A stretch of 63,849 nt of DNA, counting the filler, from Choristocarpus tenellus KU-1152 (taxonomy: Eukaryota > Protista > Phaeophyceae): the NCBI GenBank assembly GCA_964200185.2. It is 12 parts of 12 records of this genome, joined end to end, with 100 filler letters (N's around TTAATTAATTAA, not from the genome) between each part and the next. Parts side by side here need not be neighbours in the genome. Positions count along the whole stretch, not along the records: positions 31,237 to 39,814 come from CAXNAD020004567.1; positions 39,915 to 47,875 come from CAXNAD020005337.1; positions 47,976 to 52,059 come from CAXNAD020016302.1; 9 more parts are not named here. The stretch is one strand, 5' to 3'. A model generated the notes under the pieces. That model did not search any database. It was not told the origin of the DNA and saw nothing but the letters and a program-made list of their open reading frames with translations. The number at the start of each line of letters is the position of its first letter. The stretch's first letter is position 1. Positions 36,383-51,026 of the stretch are shown in pieces. The position numbers and the translations under genes were made by a program.

Positions 36383-38714
36383 CAGGGGCGGTTGGTGCCT
36401 TTCACAATCAGTCTTGGTAGTGTATGGTGTCATTGTCTGTTTGATAACCCTTGAGACAAGATTGTATTAGGTACCAACATTATTTTAAGTAGGCAACAGG
36501 CTCAGTGCCAATTGTAAGGTTGGTACATAGGTTCATCTCTGCGATCATGGAAGGGATAGTACTGTATTTGTGGTTTGATTCAGTGCTTTTGCAAAGGCAC
36601 CTCCCTGGATTGGATCCAAAGTAGAGAGGGCTCGAGGGCAAATATTTCTTCAAGAAAGCTTTTAGAGAGTATATTGTAGAGTATTTGAGGGAAGTAGGAG
36701 TAGTGACTTTCTGATGGTACCAGTGAACTAGAGCTGCAAGGATCATGTGCCCTCCCGCATTGGTGCAGGCGTAGTATGTGTACAAAGAAGAGGCTCTCAA
36801 CTTAATGCCATGCCATGCACCCCGCATCGTTTGGAGGGGATCTAAGATGCCCTGGACATGAATGCAAGGATGTCATTTTGGGGATAGGAGCTTGCAGGAA
36901 GGACAGCGTTTTCTGGTTGACACTAGTTTTGGGGTGTTTGAGGGTGACGAACAAAGCAGTTTGAGCCTCTAGTTTGTACAACAAATACCTTGTACAGTGG
37001 TTGTTCGATATCAGTTCATTCCCTAATATAACCCATGATTTTCTGTCATTCAAGTTACATTGATATTTAACCTGCACATAATATGTATGTACTTCGGATT
37101 CTTGCTACCCCGCAGCATAGACCTGTTTATTCTTACACACTCTTCGCAGTGCTTTATATATTATCTATAAACCGCTGTTACACGCATGTCCTAGATCGTT
37201 CCCTCCCACCTCCCTGATATCATCCCTCTTGGCATTGGATTCTTCTTTACGTGCTTTTCCCTGAAAGATGTGTACATGGCCTCATTGCTGGCCAGGCCCA
37301 ACCAAAAAATTGCTGCTCTATTTTGGTGAGCTCTTCAAACTTTGATTGTGAGTGATTGTCAAAGTAGACTTCGAAATGTGTGACAAGCTACACACCCAGC
37401 AGTTCTTTAAGTGGATGATCACTCACTGTATACCTTGTAGCATGCCCTAATATCACCAGCAGAGAGCATCTCGACTCAAGTGGTGACTAGCTTACACCAT
37501 CTGAGGAAACAGAATGTCCAAGGTGGTGCTTTATTGAGGAATTTTCACCTATCTATACGTCCTATGTTAGCACCAAGATTACTGAGCAGTAAATAGCTCC
37601 ATCTAACACACTACAAGACACAAATTGATGACCTTTGAATAATCCAGAGGTAAAGTCCTCACTATCTCTTATAGAAGCATAGTATGGTTGCGAAAAAAAA
37701 TGTCGGCTTTCACATGGTCATGTGCCCATCAATTTTGAGGGGAAGAATCTTCTTACTTATATCTGAGGTACCCTCATGACACTGATATCTTCGCATGTTC
37801 CCTTCGGTTTGCTTGCCTCTATGGCTTGGTTCCAGATATTACGATAATAGTATTCTTATGTTGAGGACATTTTATATACACATATGTATATAGTTTCCAT
37901 TGGTTTTCTCCTGACACATCTGCAAAATGTCAGAGGGCATAATGAAATAAAAAATAATATTAATAGTACTCCGGAGTATTACGGATGACAACCAGTCAAT
38001 CAATGGCTAACTAGAAAATGAATTCTATGCTATTTCTTTGACCCTATGTGTTTCCCCCTCTCTACAGTCCAGTGGTCCCAATACTTGGTAACACTCAATA
38101 CCTACCTGCAAAATGTCAGCAGGCATCCAATAACATCACGAAAGTAATGTAATTGCAAACACATTCAAAGAGGTCAGAATAATATAGTCCAGGGCAGTTA
38201 AGGTTTGTAAATGATGGATAGTAGGATGAGGAGAACATTAAGAAAAAATGTACTTACTCCGTTCGGAATAAAACGTAACATAACTTTTACAAGGTCCGTT
38301 ATCTCTCGGGGTTTGGGTTTGAATCCACTGTTCATGTTGGGGTCATGGTGAAGTGGTTGTGTGTCTAACCCACACCACAAAATAGTTTCAATCCAAAAAA
38401 GTTAGCGCGCGAAAATGGGTATATGTCTGTGTGCATTTTCCTCATCAATAGAAACGAAATACGAAAAAGTAGACGTGTATATTTAATAATATTTCGAAGT
38501 TTAACGAATTGGATTTCTGTTTTCCCTCCATAATATATTATGTTGACAATCCTACCTTCTAAAAACTTGAGTTTCTGGTGAACCTCCTACCTGCCCACTT
38601 TGGGTCTGTGTTCTGTCTTACGTGACGCAGTGCTTGGTTGTTGGTGGCATAGACAGTGTCGTCGCAGTTGATCCTTGCAGTGAAGGTGTTATAAAAGAGT
38701 TGACTGTGTCTGAG

Positions 38715-38862
38715 ATGGCTTATTCTCCCAGGTCTATCAGGACGAACCCGTTGTTACGATTGTTTCTGTGCTTGGGTACTATTGGCACTCTAGTTGCACT
38801 ATGGATGGCAGGCTCTTTTCATAGAGATTTGTCTTCGAATGGGAAAACCTTGGAGTTGTCGG
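38715..38862 (+). CDS. Probable first exon of a type II membrane protein
   Basis: MAYSPRSIRTNPLLRLFLCLGTIGTLVALWMAGSF: basic N-terminus, one hydrophobic anchor, strong G|gtgagt donor. Confidence 0.5.
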
Positions 38863-40201
38863 GTGAGTCCAGAGAGGGGGTAAAATGCCATGTTAATAAG
38901 TTGATTTGAAGAGTTGGTGAATGGAATGAGATAGGCGTCACAAGAAAAGGATTTGACGTGGGTAACCCCGATTATGTTTACTTAGACAAAAAAGAATGCT
39001 TGAAGGGTGGGTTTGGTAGAGGAGAGGAAGCCCAAAGTCTGGAGCAGTACCGAGTTTAATCTTTTGGTTGCCTTGGACAATCGACGGTTGCGCCGGGTTG
39101 GTCAAGTTATGTACGTTGCTCTCTCTTATTCCAGGATTTTCTCCTTTTCTCCCAGAATAGAAGGGTAGAGCTGCTCTTTCAATATCTTCTCGCGGAATAT
39201 TGTAGGGTGAGATCAATCTTAGATACACTAGGATACACTAGGCAGGTTGCTGGTGCAGTCGACTATTCTGTACAACAGCTCCTTCCTGCGACTGGTTGCT
39301 GCTTTGATCACAAGGCTTGTGCACTATGGCCCTTATTGGAATGAGTGACCAACTCATGCGTGACTTAGGAAGTTTGACACCTAGAAGAGTTATTATATTG
39401 TTGAATTTACCTCCTCAGGTCTCCATTTCACCCCTTTTCCCCTCTCCTTCAACAGCTACCTCTTAAATGCTGAAAACGTGCAAATGCGCAATGACTTACG
39501 TATCGTACCTCTCACGTATAGCTTATTGTTTATCCCTTTCACCTACTTTGGTATTACCATGGCCCTACCCTTACACGCTATGAATTTGCTTGCACCTTCT
39601 CAATATCTCCGATCTTCCGATCTTTCCCCAATGTATGCCCGAAAGTCTCTCCCATGGAGCACCATAATATCAAATCCCCCCAGACTTACGTATTCTACCG
39701 CTTTAACTCTAGGCGTCTTCACCCTTCCCCCCCCCCCCCCCCCCCCCCCCTCCCCCGGTCCCTCTTCTATCCTGCACTTGAGTGGCGTTGCTTTCTCGCA
39801 CCTCTCCAATGCTCNNNNNNNNNNNNNNNNNNNNNNNNNNNNNNNNNNNNNNNNNNNNTTAATTAATTAANNNNNNNNNNNNNNNNNNNNNNNNNNNNNN
39901 NNNNNNNNNNNNNNATACGGTTGATGTACATGTCTGCGATCTCCACTACTACCTGCTGATTAGCTCTTACGATACTCCACAGTACGTACCTCCTCCAAGA
40001 TTGATAGGAGTGAAGAACACCTCCGCAAACAGGCCTTCGACGTGTGCGGCCATGATCTTCTGGCGCTCGGAGCAGGTTTGGACCACTTCCCATTCTAAAT
40101 CACCTTTGCTATATACTCCATGTCATTGCCTCCTGCTGTGCACAATAGTGTACACAAAGTAATACTCCTCCTTTTCACACACAAACTAAAACCGCAGTTA
40201 A

Positions 40202-40293
40202 AACAGCCGATTTCGACACTTTATCCCAGTCAATTTTGGGTCAAGCCCATCCTCAATGAAAAGCTCCATCTTCAATTTTTGAAATCGGCTGTT
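40202..40293 (-). mobile_element. MITE family D (92 bp), TSD TTAA
   Basis: AACAGCCGATTTC...GAAATCGGCTGTT flanked by ttaa/ttaa. Confidence 0.9.
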
Positions 40294-41887
40294 TTAAGCA
40301 AAATTCCTTTCTCCAATTATACCAAAATGGTGTCTTTTCCCCCTTTTCAGGGATCCTTAAAATGAAAACCTGTCAACTCTCAATTCAAATATTTTTATTA
40401 TCCAAAGGACAACTCAAAGTGGGGGGTGGTCATCATCTGGTTTCTGGTGCGAAGAATATGCCCTGTTAGATATGTCAATGGCAGCAAACCGTGAAGTACG
40501 ACCCTAGCACACGTCAAAGACTGAGATTGGGCCTTTCATATGACGCATTGGCACCAATATAATCGATACGACTCCATCCCTCCTTACATAAACAAAATTA
40601 GAAAAGGCTAATAAAGCACATTTCACATGAAATACTATTATTAACGAGTGTAACGCACCATCGCCGTTGCTAATAATGTATCTAAAGCCATGCTTTTGAT
40701 ATTTTTCCACCAGTTTGTTACTCTATGAAATGCAAGTTATGTGGTACTAATTGAAACAGGGAATCCAAGTTTTTGTTGTGGGATATTTTACAGAGAAGTG
40801 ACGAATAATAATACGTTTCTCCTCTTTCAACAGATTCATATATATATATATATTGCCCTTTGACATTTGGATACATTTCTTCTTTCTTTCTGGTTATATT
40901 TTTGTCTCTTGCTTAACGATACATTTTTGTGTTGTGTTAAGCGATATGTTTTTGTATTGTGTTTGACGACTCGTCCAAACAGTTTGTATATCATATATAC
41001 GACCGGTTCCTTTCTCTAGCATCTGCAAACAAATTTCAATCATTTCAGTATGATACATGGAAGACATGGATCATCAATCCAACAGCACCTCCAATGGAAT
41101 AACACTTCTTCAAAGGGAAGCTTCCTACAGCTCCTTAGGAATATAATAGAAGTCCTTGGATATATTGCATTTAAGATTCTCCTGTGTATTCACTTTTTGT
41201 TGTGTTCCATTCTCTCTTGTAAAAGATCTTCAAAATGTCGGCACAAAAAAGAGCGAGCTGGAAAGGGTCAAAAGTTTCCCCATGGCGGGGTTTTGATTTT
41301 ATTTCATTCTGAACACGTCACAATTACACAGGTGACATTGCGGCTTGTTCGATAAGGAGGTGCTTGATCATATTTGCCGGACGGATCATTTGTGCATACT
41401 GCCTGACCACTGGCAAGGTTGATATCATATCTATATAATCTAGTCTTCGGAGTGTTTAGAAAGTGTACAGCCAGACATCGGGGTTCGAAATCGAACACGA
41501 GCTTGAGGTCTTGCACACACAGGTGACTGGATGTTCTGTAGTACAGACCAGATAATGTGTCAAGAGCGGACTATTTTGTTCGTCTGTTCTCAACGACGGT
41601 CTGAATACCCACGATAAGAGTGCCTGCAAAAGACAACATAAACCAGCATGGAGGACTCAATGCGTTGGCTAAGATGCTTTGTGTTTGTTGAATCGTCGAG
41701 GGTGCGCGCTTATAGCCCATGTTTTGGACCAGCTAGTTATTGGTTGGTAGAAATAAACCGCACCCCGCCGTCGGAGTGTCCTCGTTTTCACTCCACATGG
41801 TGTTTTTAGTCTTTAACCTTGCCTGCGATCTCCCCTGCCTACCTAGAGCCTCCAATTTGTGGCTGAGACAGCCCGTGGTTCCAGCTG

Positions 41888-43566
41888 ATGCCTCCTCCAT
41901 GCAACACTCCGATTAAAAAGTACAACTATGAGAGGTGTGTGCCCTGGTTTGGGGTCTAGGGGATATTGCTTTGAGACTCAAAAGCCGGGGATGTTGTGTC
42001 CCTTTTGTATCATCAACTATCAGCTCGTCAGTGTTGTTATCCGTTTTATGGACTTACATATTCCTCTCTCTTTGCCGTTGTTGCAGGTCGCTTTTCCGAT
42101 GGGTGATGGCTCGCCACCCAGAACCATTTGAGAAGCAGGGCATTACAACTCGAACTCTAGAGCGAGCTCCAAGGGCACGAGAGGCCTTTTACACCTCCGA
42201 CTGGAGTGGAGCTCGGAGCCTTGTACGTATCACGGCTGAGAAGAAGTTCGAGCGCACGCCGCTCCTTGATGGTATAATCGACCGTGGGCTGCAGGGGTGC
42301 ACCCGATTTCGTATCGATCATATTACTGACGAAGAGAGAGCCAAGCTTGGGATATACCAAGACAGCGTTACTGGTAAATACTTTCTGGAATCCTATGGAC
42401 CCCAAGATGGTCGAAGTCGTCGACCCCTTCGTCACAGCCAGGTGATGAAAGAAGTCGAAGATATGGTGACGGCAGGAGTTGAGGCTGTAGGGAGGGGGGC
42501 TAAGGTCGATGTCGCGAAGAAAGTCTGTCACACTCAAGGGCGCTCTAAGGTGCTTCATATCACCATCTCTATCACCAAGGGCGACGGTGAGGGGAGTGGG
42601 GAGTCATGGTCAGCCGTGGATGATCCCGGCGGTGGCAAGGCAGCGAAGCGTATCGCTGACTTGGCAGGAACACTACAAGAGCTAAGAAATGACGAGGTCA
42701 TGACTGGATCCACTTGTGAGACAGGAAGAGGAGAAGAGAACGGGAAGCAAAAAAGTTTGAGGGCCATGGTCGGGACGCGGGCTGGAGTCAGAGGGGGAGC
42801 CAAAGAGGGGTCGTGGAGCAAGGATATGAGCAAAGGGAGAGAAAAGATTGGGGCAGGGGAGGGAGGTAAGGTTGGGACAGGAATGGAAAACAGAGTCAGG
42901 ACTAGGGCGGCAAGAGACACAATGGATGCCAATGGATGTCTAGGTGGCGCGATAGGTATGGATTACACGAACCTAGGGTCGACTGGAAGAGCCGTGTCTG
43001 TAAAGGAGGAAGGCAGTACTAGGCGACCTATTAAACGCCCATACCACGGCATGGGCACCTCTTGGGAGTGCGAGAAAGAGCTTTCGAAGACATCTGGAAT
43101 ACAATCTGCAATGGGAACGTCACCTTCATGGCCAATTCCAAGGAACCATAGTGGCGCTGGGGCTTCCCTCCCTCACCATGTATATGACCCAGCCATCCCC
43201 AGTGTGCCTGGGGGGCAGAGCGACTTGCCCAACACTTCACAGCAGAACACACATATCCCAGGACAATTATTAGGAGTCCAGCAAAACGACATTCCACAAG
43301 TACTTCCTGTTAAACCAGAGCCAGACCATAATGCTGATGGGGTGGCAAGGGAACGGCAGCATGATCAGTGGGCAAACAATTTTGGGGCAGGAGCCTTTCA
43401 CCGTTTCTGTGTTGGGCATCCAAATTTGAGGCCTGGGAACTGGGTGCCAGGATCAGGGGGGGGTGGAACAGACCGACCACCCCAGGAGGTTAATGGTGTT
43501 AGTGGAGGTGTGTATTTAAAGCAGTTTGACGAGGAGGACATGGACCTTTTAGCCTCATTGTTTTGA
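41888..43566 (+). CDS. Two-exon gene, ~508 aa, ordered N-terminal domain and disordered tail; unknown function
   Basis: Exon 41888-41934 (MPPPCNTPIKKYNYE-R) splices in phase to 42087-43566. Longest ORF in the window. Confidence 0.75.
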
Positions 43567-46500
43567 TTTTGTGTATCTTGAGGAGGTTAACAGTGACTTA
43601 ATTTGTTATTTAGTGCCAATGAATTGTCCTGATATCCTTTTTGCTATTGCGTGTGGTTGAGTTGGGAACAATAAGAGGAGTTGATTCATTGAAACCATAC
43701 TAAAACCATGTATCACATGGTTATGTGAAGGAAAAGACCACTACTTCATATTTCGTAGTAGATCACATGGAGATAGCTGTTGTGGGCTCACTAGTTATTG
43801 GGATGTTATTGTTGAATAAGCACACAACTTGAGGTAGAAGAATATTGATTCCTATTTTTTGTGTAAGAGGTCATTTGTTGTGGCCGGGTAGAAGCTGATT
43901 ACCCTCCGAGGAACTTCGAGGTAACTTGTAGATACGCAAAATGTTAGAGACTGGTCATCAAGCAGACCTTTGATGAGGAGGCGAACTGGCCGGCGACAAT
44001 TGTGCACCTAAGAATGGACAGGTGTAGACCTTGAACCATTGCGGGATCAAGTAGAGGAAAGGGAAAATCTCTCACAGGAGTCTTCTGTGAGTCCCAGATC
44101 ATGATATTATTACACATTGAGCAAGTTTTATCTTGTAGGACATTCACATACATCTACATAGTGTTTTTAGGATGCAGTGAGTTTGGCAAGTTGTGTGACT
44201 CTTTTCCCTTGTCAAATACTCCATTTACTGAGTAAATGAGGGTGCTGTGTTGTTATGCATCAACAAGAGAGGTCTTGTAATATACAGTTAACTTGGAAAG
44301 TACCTCCCCACTATCGCCATCAATGGAAGCATCCTGCAACTCGTAAATTGTTCATGTTACGTTCAAACTCCAGTGTTACCTATTTTTTTGTGAAGTGAGG
44401 CACTCGCATGGCGACATGTTGCAAGAAGCTATACATTTGTAGCTCAGTCGTTAGCCTAATGTGTGACTCGTATGGGAGGGTGCAATTGTGCTTTGACAAT
44501 GAAAGTTCCCAAAAAAGACCATCTCCAAAAACAACGAACACCATACATGTTCCACATTCATTCATGCCTCTATATTTATTAAATGTAGAAATGACTCGGT
44601 CAGCCTTTTGTTGTTCATGTACAAAAAGCAAGCGACAGCGTCTGATATGATTGAAGCTTCCCTTTCTCCCGACCTTATCGGTGACATTAACAGCTAATTG
44701 TTGATGAGGGAGGCCATGTATCTTCTCGAGAACAATGCAGTCCTAGCACCTAGACCTATACAAGTTGATCCAAATGCTGAAAACAGTTTGGAACTGTATT
44801 TATGTGCTATTTTTATTGTTGCGAAATAACTTGTATTTTGTACTACATAATTATGCATAGTTACTTTTCCATACAATTGTTAGTAACAAGAACGAGGAAG
44901 GGTGTATGCACCAAGGGCGCCAGAACCACATGGAGGCAGGAGTGGGAGTATACACTTGTGAGCATGGGTTAACCCTCGAACATTTGACGTGACACAAGGA
45001 GAACGTATCCAAGGAGATTTGTTTCTGGTTGCTACAGATTCTCAACCTTACTGGTGGCCACGTACTTGATAGACGGTCTTCTCCCATTAGGTACGTTGCC
45101 GTGTTGGCATAGTGACTGTTATCTGTACGAAATACTGCTTGAATACAATATATGCACCCAAGAATGGGATCCAAATAAAGTGGCTCGTCGGCGCAGTTTT
45201 TCAACATGCCCTGTTGAAAGCGCATTTCCCTGTCGGCAAAGTGGCATAGACGTTCTTGCAGGTAGGTGCCAAGTGGTGGAGAGGAACAGCAACAAGGACT
45301 ACGTGCTAACGGCGAGGTATGCCGTCTTCATGGGTGTTGCACCAAACGAGACGACAGCTTTACCGGTACCATGGTGACGTCGAGTGTGTGTCTGAGCAAG
45401 ACTTGACCTAGCTTCGATCATGACTGCTATTACTGTATAGCATCCTTAATCATGATGCCAAATGCAACAGTTTGAACTTTCGGAGAGAAATGGCAAGATT
45501 TAACTAATATGAAAATGTATCTTTAAAATAGAGCGAGAATTTGTACAGGTAGAGTGGCTCTATTTACCGCCAGCTCTAATCGACTAGATATGCCGATTTT
45601 GTTCCATGTTGTGTGTAGAGAATCAATATTGAAGGAAGTGGGAAGTGTGATGTAGTTCAATAATTTGCGTTGTGAGAGTTATGAATGGAACGAATAAAGT
45701 AATGCTAAATGAATCTCAATTGATTCGATTAGCTGTACACAAGAAGCATATAGTTCGACGTAAGAACTTGAAGCTGAGATAAACAGATCCAAAATGATCA
45801 ATGTGTAGATGTGGAATGAGTTGTGAGTAGACAAAACGGTAATATCGAATATATAGATACAGCGTGTGGTTCTATGACCTCTACCTATTCACACTTGTAT
45901 TTTGATTAAAATGACAACAATAATAGCCGAAACCACTTTATTCAGTTCTTTCTGTTGTTCAGTTATCTTATTTATGAACGAATTGATGAAGCTGATTGAA
46001 GTGTCGGGTTTCACAACACTTCATATATTCCAAGAATAAATCTTACAGAATTGACGCTAAATCAAAAATAACCGTTATCAGCTAACGAAATGACCCCTTG
46101 TTGGAAATTATGAATATTACTCATTACTACTACTCATCAGACATACTCAGTGTGGTTGGATGGTGGTGGTTTGTGACTAGCACCCAACACCCAGCAACCG
46201 TGGCAAGGTCAGGTCTCATTTCTGGGAGGGATGATGTGGTAAGATGGCACATAATGTATGTGTGTGTAAACGTGTTCATGCATGTGTGAGCATTTGAACC
46301 GTTTTGCGGAGGAGAGGTTACAACCTCTGTCTGTAATCTGAAGGGAAGCTAAATATGATATAGTACATAGATACAGTAGCAGCGATTTATTCATCAAGAT
46401 ATTACAAGAAGCGTGAGTCTACCTGTTGGGCTATCCTCTGATTCGTAGGATGGAAAGTACGGTAAACTCCTGACTGGGACATGCTGCTCAGTACAGCTAG

Positions 46501-47807
46501 CTTTATTTAGTACTTCGAAGTACTACTTCATAATATTTGAGGAATTCCAAAGTAAATTGGAATAGCAATATATTTTTTTACTAACAGTATTAAGAATGTG
46601 TCCCCAATCCATTGCGTCTTGGTAGTGTCAGGGGGGTTCAACTACAACGCTTGGGTGTGGTGTAAGGCTCGTGCCGAGACCTACTGGTAAGGTGTTACAT
46701 GTACTTTTAATTATTATCAAAAGTCGACTTACGTGAGACTACGGAACTCTGTCGAAATTATGAGCAACATTGACAAAGTGCATCGTCACCTGATCACAAC
46801 ATCGTCTATTCACGTTTCAATTTGCCTTATCAAAACACGCTGCAGATCAACGACCACCGTACTAAAACCTCCATTCATTACACCATACTGCACACGGTAC
46901 ATTCAAAACAATACAGTTATAATTAAATGATGGGTAGTCGCCCCATTGCATCACCTAACATAAAGAGTTCTAGCCACAATTGCAATTTGCGAACAAAACA
47001 ACGAACGTCGTCAATGTGTAACTCCCACATTAACGCGCGTTCAAAGTGTATCCTTGTGCTGGAAGTCTCTGTATCGTGTTGCCAATCTAGTAGTTTCAAT
47101 CTTCATCGCCCTCTCAATCCATACACACAACCCACTGATTGCTCCCATACTAAGGGAGGGCCAACCCACACAATTTTTATGACCTGACTGTGGTGTATTA
47201 CCAGAGGATTAAAGCAACCACATGGAAGTAGGCGAGTTTTCTTTTTTCTTTTTTCTTTTTTATTTTATTCACGTTTGTAGAAATGTAATCTCCTAACCTA
47301 CCTATTTCTGCTATCTATCAACTTCGAGGTGAATGATGAAGATGTTAAATATCACCTACGAAATTTGTTAGAAGGTGTGGAAATTCAGACTCCAAAACGC
47401 CTTCTAAAGTGTGTGAACTCTTCCTGTTTTTCTTCGTTGGTCGAATTTGCAAGCCCCCACCAAAATCCTCCAGCACATTCGTCTAGAAGTATATATTGAA
47501 GTATGACCGAAAACCTTATACCGTGTATGTTGCGTACAATGAACGGTGACTTCAGGTATTTCATACCTTGGTATGTATGCGTAACATACACTGAACACAT
47601 ACGTAGCTTTCATTATGGGGCTTCAAATCACTACGGCATCCACTATCACAGGCACTCATTGTGGACTGAGTCCCTAGACAAATGGTCTATCTGACTCATA
47701 CTACTAACGCTTTACTACAATTTGTTGTATCCAACACATAAAAGATATTTCAAACGCACATGAAACGATCACTATTTTTTTTTTTAATGGTTGTACCAGC
47801 TCTCATA

Positions 47808-47875
47808 AACAGCCGATTTCAAAAATTGAGGATGGAGCTTTTCATTGAGGATGGGCTTGACCCAAAATTGACTGG
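47808..47875 (+). mobile_element. MITE family D, truncated at the contig end
   Basis: aacagccgatttcaaaaattgaggatggagcttttcattgagg. Confidence 0.88.
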
Positions 47876-48199
47876 NNNNNNNNNNNNNNNNNNNNNNNNN
47901 NNNNNNNNNNNNNNNNNNNTTAATTAATTAANNNNNNNNNNNNNNNNNNNNNNNNNNNNNNNNNNNNNNNNNNNNAAAAAAAAAAATAAATCTTTTGATG
48001 TATATATAAACATATATGAAAAAAAAAAAACTTGGCCCAGAGAACAGGCTCAGAGTTGGAGCTGTGGCAAAAAGACAAAAAAAAAAAAAAAAATCCACCT
48101 TATTTTTTTTAAACAATCAAATCAACATGGAGGGGGGTTAGGCTCAGGGTCAGGGTTAGGGCAAACAAAAAGGAGGCAAGAACAAAGAAAGAATCTAAC

Positions 48200-51026
48200 C
48201 TGAAAGAGGAAGCTATTCATCGTGGAGCCTAGTCCTAGTGCACCATGTCGTCCCCGTCCTGTCGAAAGCACCCTCCCTCCTGGGGTCAGCACTGGAAAAC
48301 ATCGGAAAAATATATATATAGATCAGAAATAATAAGAAAGAAATAAACACGAAGGAAGAACAAGAATAAAACATGTAATAATTTTTAAAGAATAAATACG
48401 TATATATGTAACAAAATGAAATAAGAATAATAATAAAACATACGATAATTTTTAAAGAATAAATACAGATCTAGATCTAGATATATATAACAAAGTGAAA
48501 TAAGAATAATAATATATGCGGCAATGTAAGGAACGGGAAGAAAATATATAATATAATAAAAAAGAAAAATAATAACGAAAGTAAGAACTATATAAACACA
48601 TACACACACACACAAACACACTACATGATTAAAACAGGGCTGTCCTGTAGATGGGCTGTCAACCACATAAAAAAATATAGATACGACTTTTTGTCAACTG
48701 AGAACTATCAGAGGCTGATGGAGTTGGATGAACTCACCCTTTCTTGGTGCTCACCCTTGCAACAATTAATCCCATGCATGATACACACAATTACACATAA
48801 ACACAATAAAACGTATGTATGTATATATAGAAATATTAACACATACATAACATTTATATATATGTGTGTGTGTGTGTGCGTGGGTAGTTCCATTTTGGAA
48901 GTGTTTTCTTGGTCAGCTGATAACTTTGCTTTAGTGTGACTAAAGACTTGACCCAACCAGTGATCAGAGGCACTGCACGATGCTACTACTTCTCATACTA
49001 AGTACCACAAACTAGTACCACAAACTAGTACCACAAACTAGTACCACAAACTAGTACTTCTCATACTAAGTACCACAAACTACTAACCAAGTGTTGTTGC
49101 GCTATGGCTAATTGTACTGTGTTGCCTGCTTCTATGTACTAATTGTACTGTGTTGCCTGCTTCTATTTACTACTTTCACTGTGTTCCCTACTTCTACATA
49201 TCGCTTCCCACTTGTTGGGTTTATCCACTACATTGCCTGTTGCTGCCCTTCCTCTTGACAACTCTTGACAACTCTTGCTATTTTAGTTTCCTTTTGCAAG
49301 ATCCACCTTTGTGCGCTCATTATTTAAATTTTTATTATTAAACTGTTCTCGAACAGAGAAACAATTTTTTTTATGATCGATATCTATCAACAACAATCAA
49401 CATAAAATATAATAAAATAAAATATAATAAAATAAATGACACACCTAGCCGGCTGTGTATCGCTAGATGCAAATTAATAATAAATTTAGCTAGGGAACGT
49501 TGTAACTGTTGTCGGTGAGTTATGTCAACACATTTTTTTTTTTAATGATAGTAAAAAAATATGATAGAAAAAAAAAGACAGGCGATGAAAAAAAAAATGA
49601 GGAAACAAGCACGATCCTTTTTCAACAAAGAAAATTATAAATTAAAAAGCACACACAAAAAATTAGAAACGGTGAACATAGCTGGTTTTGAGTCGGTCAG
49701 GGGCATCAAAACCGTGGGAATAAACCAATTATTGCTGGTGAGGACAAAGCTCCAAGGCGCTCCATGGCGCCCCAGGGTGATTGGATAGGGAACTCTACTC
49801 TCTCTTCGCAAATAGTGGTCTTGGAGGGGGGAGGGGAGTTTGGCGGATTTGTACACCCTTCAGCGGCAGAAATAACAAGCAATAAAAGAAATCCAAGCAA
49901 GGTAGGGTAACTAAAATAAGTTGATGTGTACTCAACCGTCCAACGTGCAGTATCACATAGGCATCAACTATTAACCATCTACTGTATGGAAGGCGACACT
50001 TACACATCATTAGGAACAGCACAGTAATGCCCTAAAAAATGAACTGCTGAGATAGTTGCTCGAAGTAAGTACATTGTATATGCTCTACACGTGTTTGCAT
50101 CCCAAACGTTAATGAGGTTGAGTCAACAGTGGGCAAGCGGGAAACAAAAAGATATGCCGCGCAGTCGTATCTCGCCTTGCTCGAAATGGATGCCCGTCCA
50201 TATAAAGCCGAACGTAACACCCCACCTGATCACCCTTTACATTAGGTATTTCCCTACTCCGATTTCTAGCCGAAGGGCAACATGTGGCCGGCAAAATGAA
50301 GTTTTAGTCCCAACTGGCAATATTGGGGGGGGAAATGCACCGTTTGGCTTGAGCCATTGGATTTCTTCAATGTGAGCCCGCCATAGCGTAGGGTTCGGCT
50401 TTTCCAACCCCCGGTTGACCAAAGGGCGAGGATCAGGCACAAAGTCCGCGACAGTAGCCAGTGGAGAACCACGACGAGTGTCACTTTCGCCTCCTATGGT
50501 CATTTACACACTCACCTACACTGTGATTCACCCCAGACGAGCAGCGGAATCTGCCAGATTGAGCAACCTTGTGCAGTTCCCAGAGCCATGTAGCCAAATT
50601 CAAGTTCTTCTCGTAACCGATGTGTTTCTCCTTTAACCATGTCAGCCAGCCATCGTGCGCCCCTCGAAACACTCGGTGAAGAATTGCCTCAATACAGGTG
50701 GGAATCAAGGACTTGGTATACCTGGGAACGTCCACAAGCAGGCATCAAGAAGGAGGAAGGGCTGGGAAAGTGAGCTTGTTAATATTTTATTGGTTGCATC
50801 ACTGAGTAGATTTACTCACTCCCTTTTTCCCTCTTCAATGAAAACTTACTTGTAAAAGTTCAACTAGACTTGAACACTGCTACTACATGGAGGTGTTGTA
50901 CCTATTGACTGCCAAGAATACTGTGAAGTCCCGCGGAGGAAGGAACTCCAACAGCATACTACGGCACACTAATTCCCCTGGGATTCCAATGAAGAACGCA
51001 TCCTGATTGTCAACAGAGACCATCAT
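48200..51026 (-). CDS. F-box + RCC1-repeat protein, 5' part
   Basis: Exons 50902-51026 (FIGIPGELVCRSMLLEFLPPRDFTVFLAVNR, F-box-like), 50516-50721 and 48200-48291. The last junction rebuilds an RCC1 repeat: SSGVNHSVVLTPGGRVLSTGRGRHGALGLG. Confidence 0.8.

Noticed and set aside
41304-41625. Protein-like minus-strand frame (LKLVFDFEPRCLAVHF...YRYDINL)
   Set aside because: Bounded by stops with no consistent splice model; at most an unassignable remnant.
45054-45377. Possible Copia SH3-like remnant (ARYAVFMGVAPN)
   Set aside because: Too short and no supporting integrase motifs.
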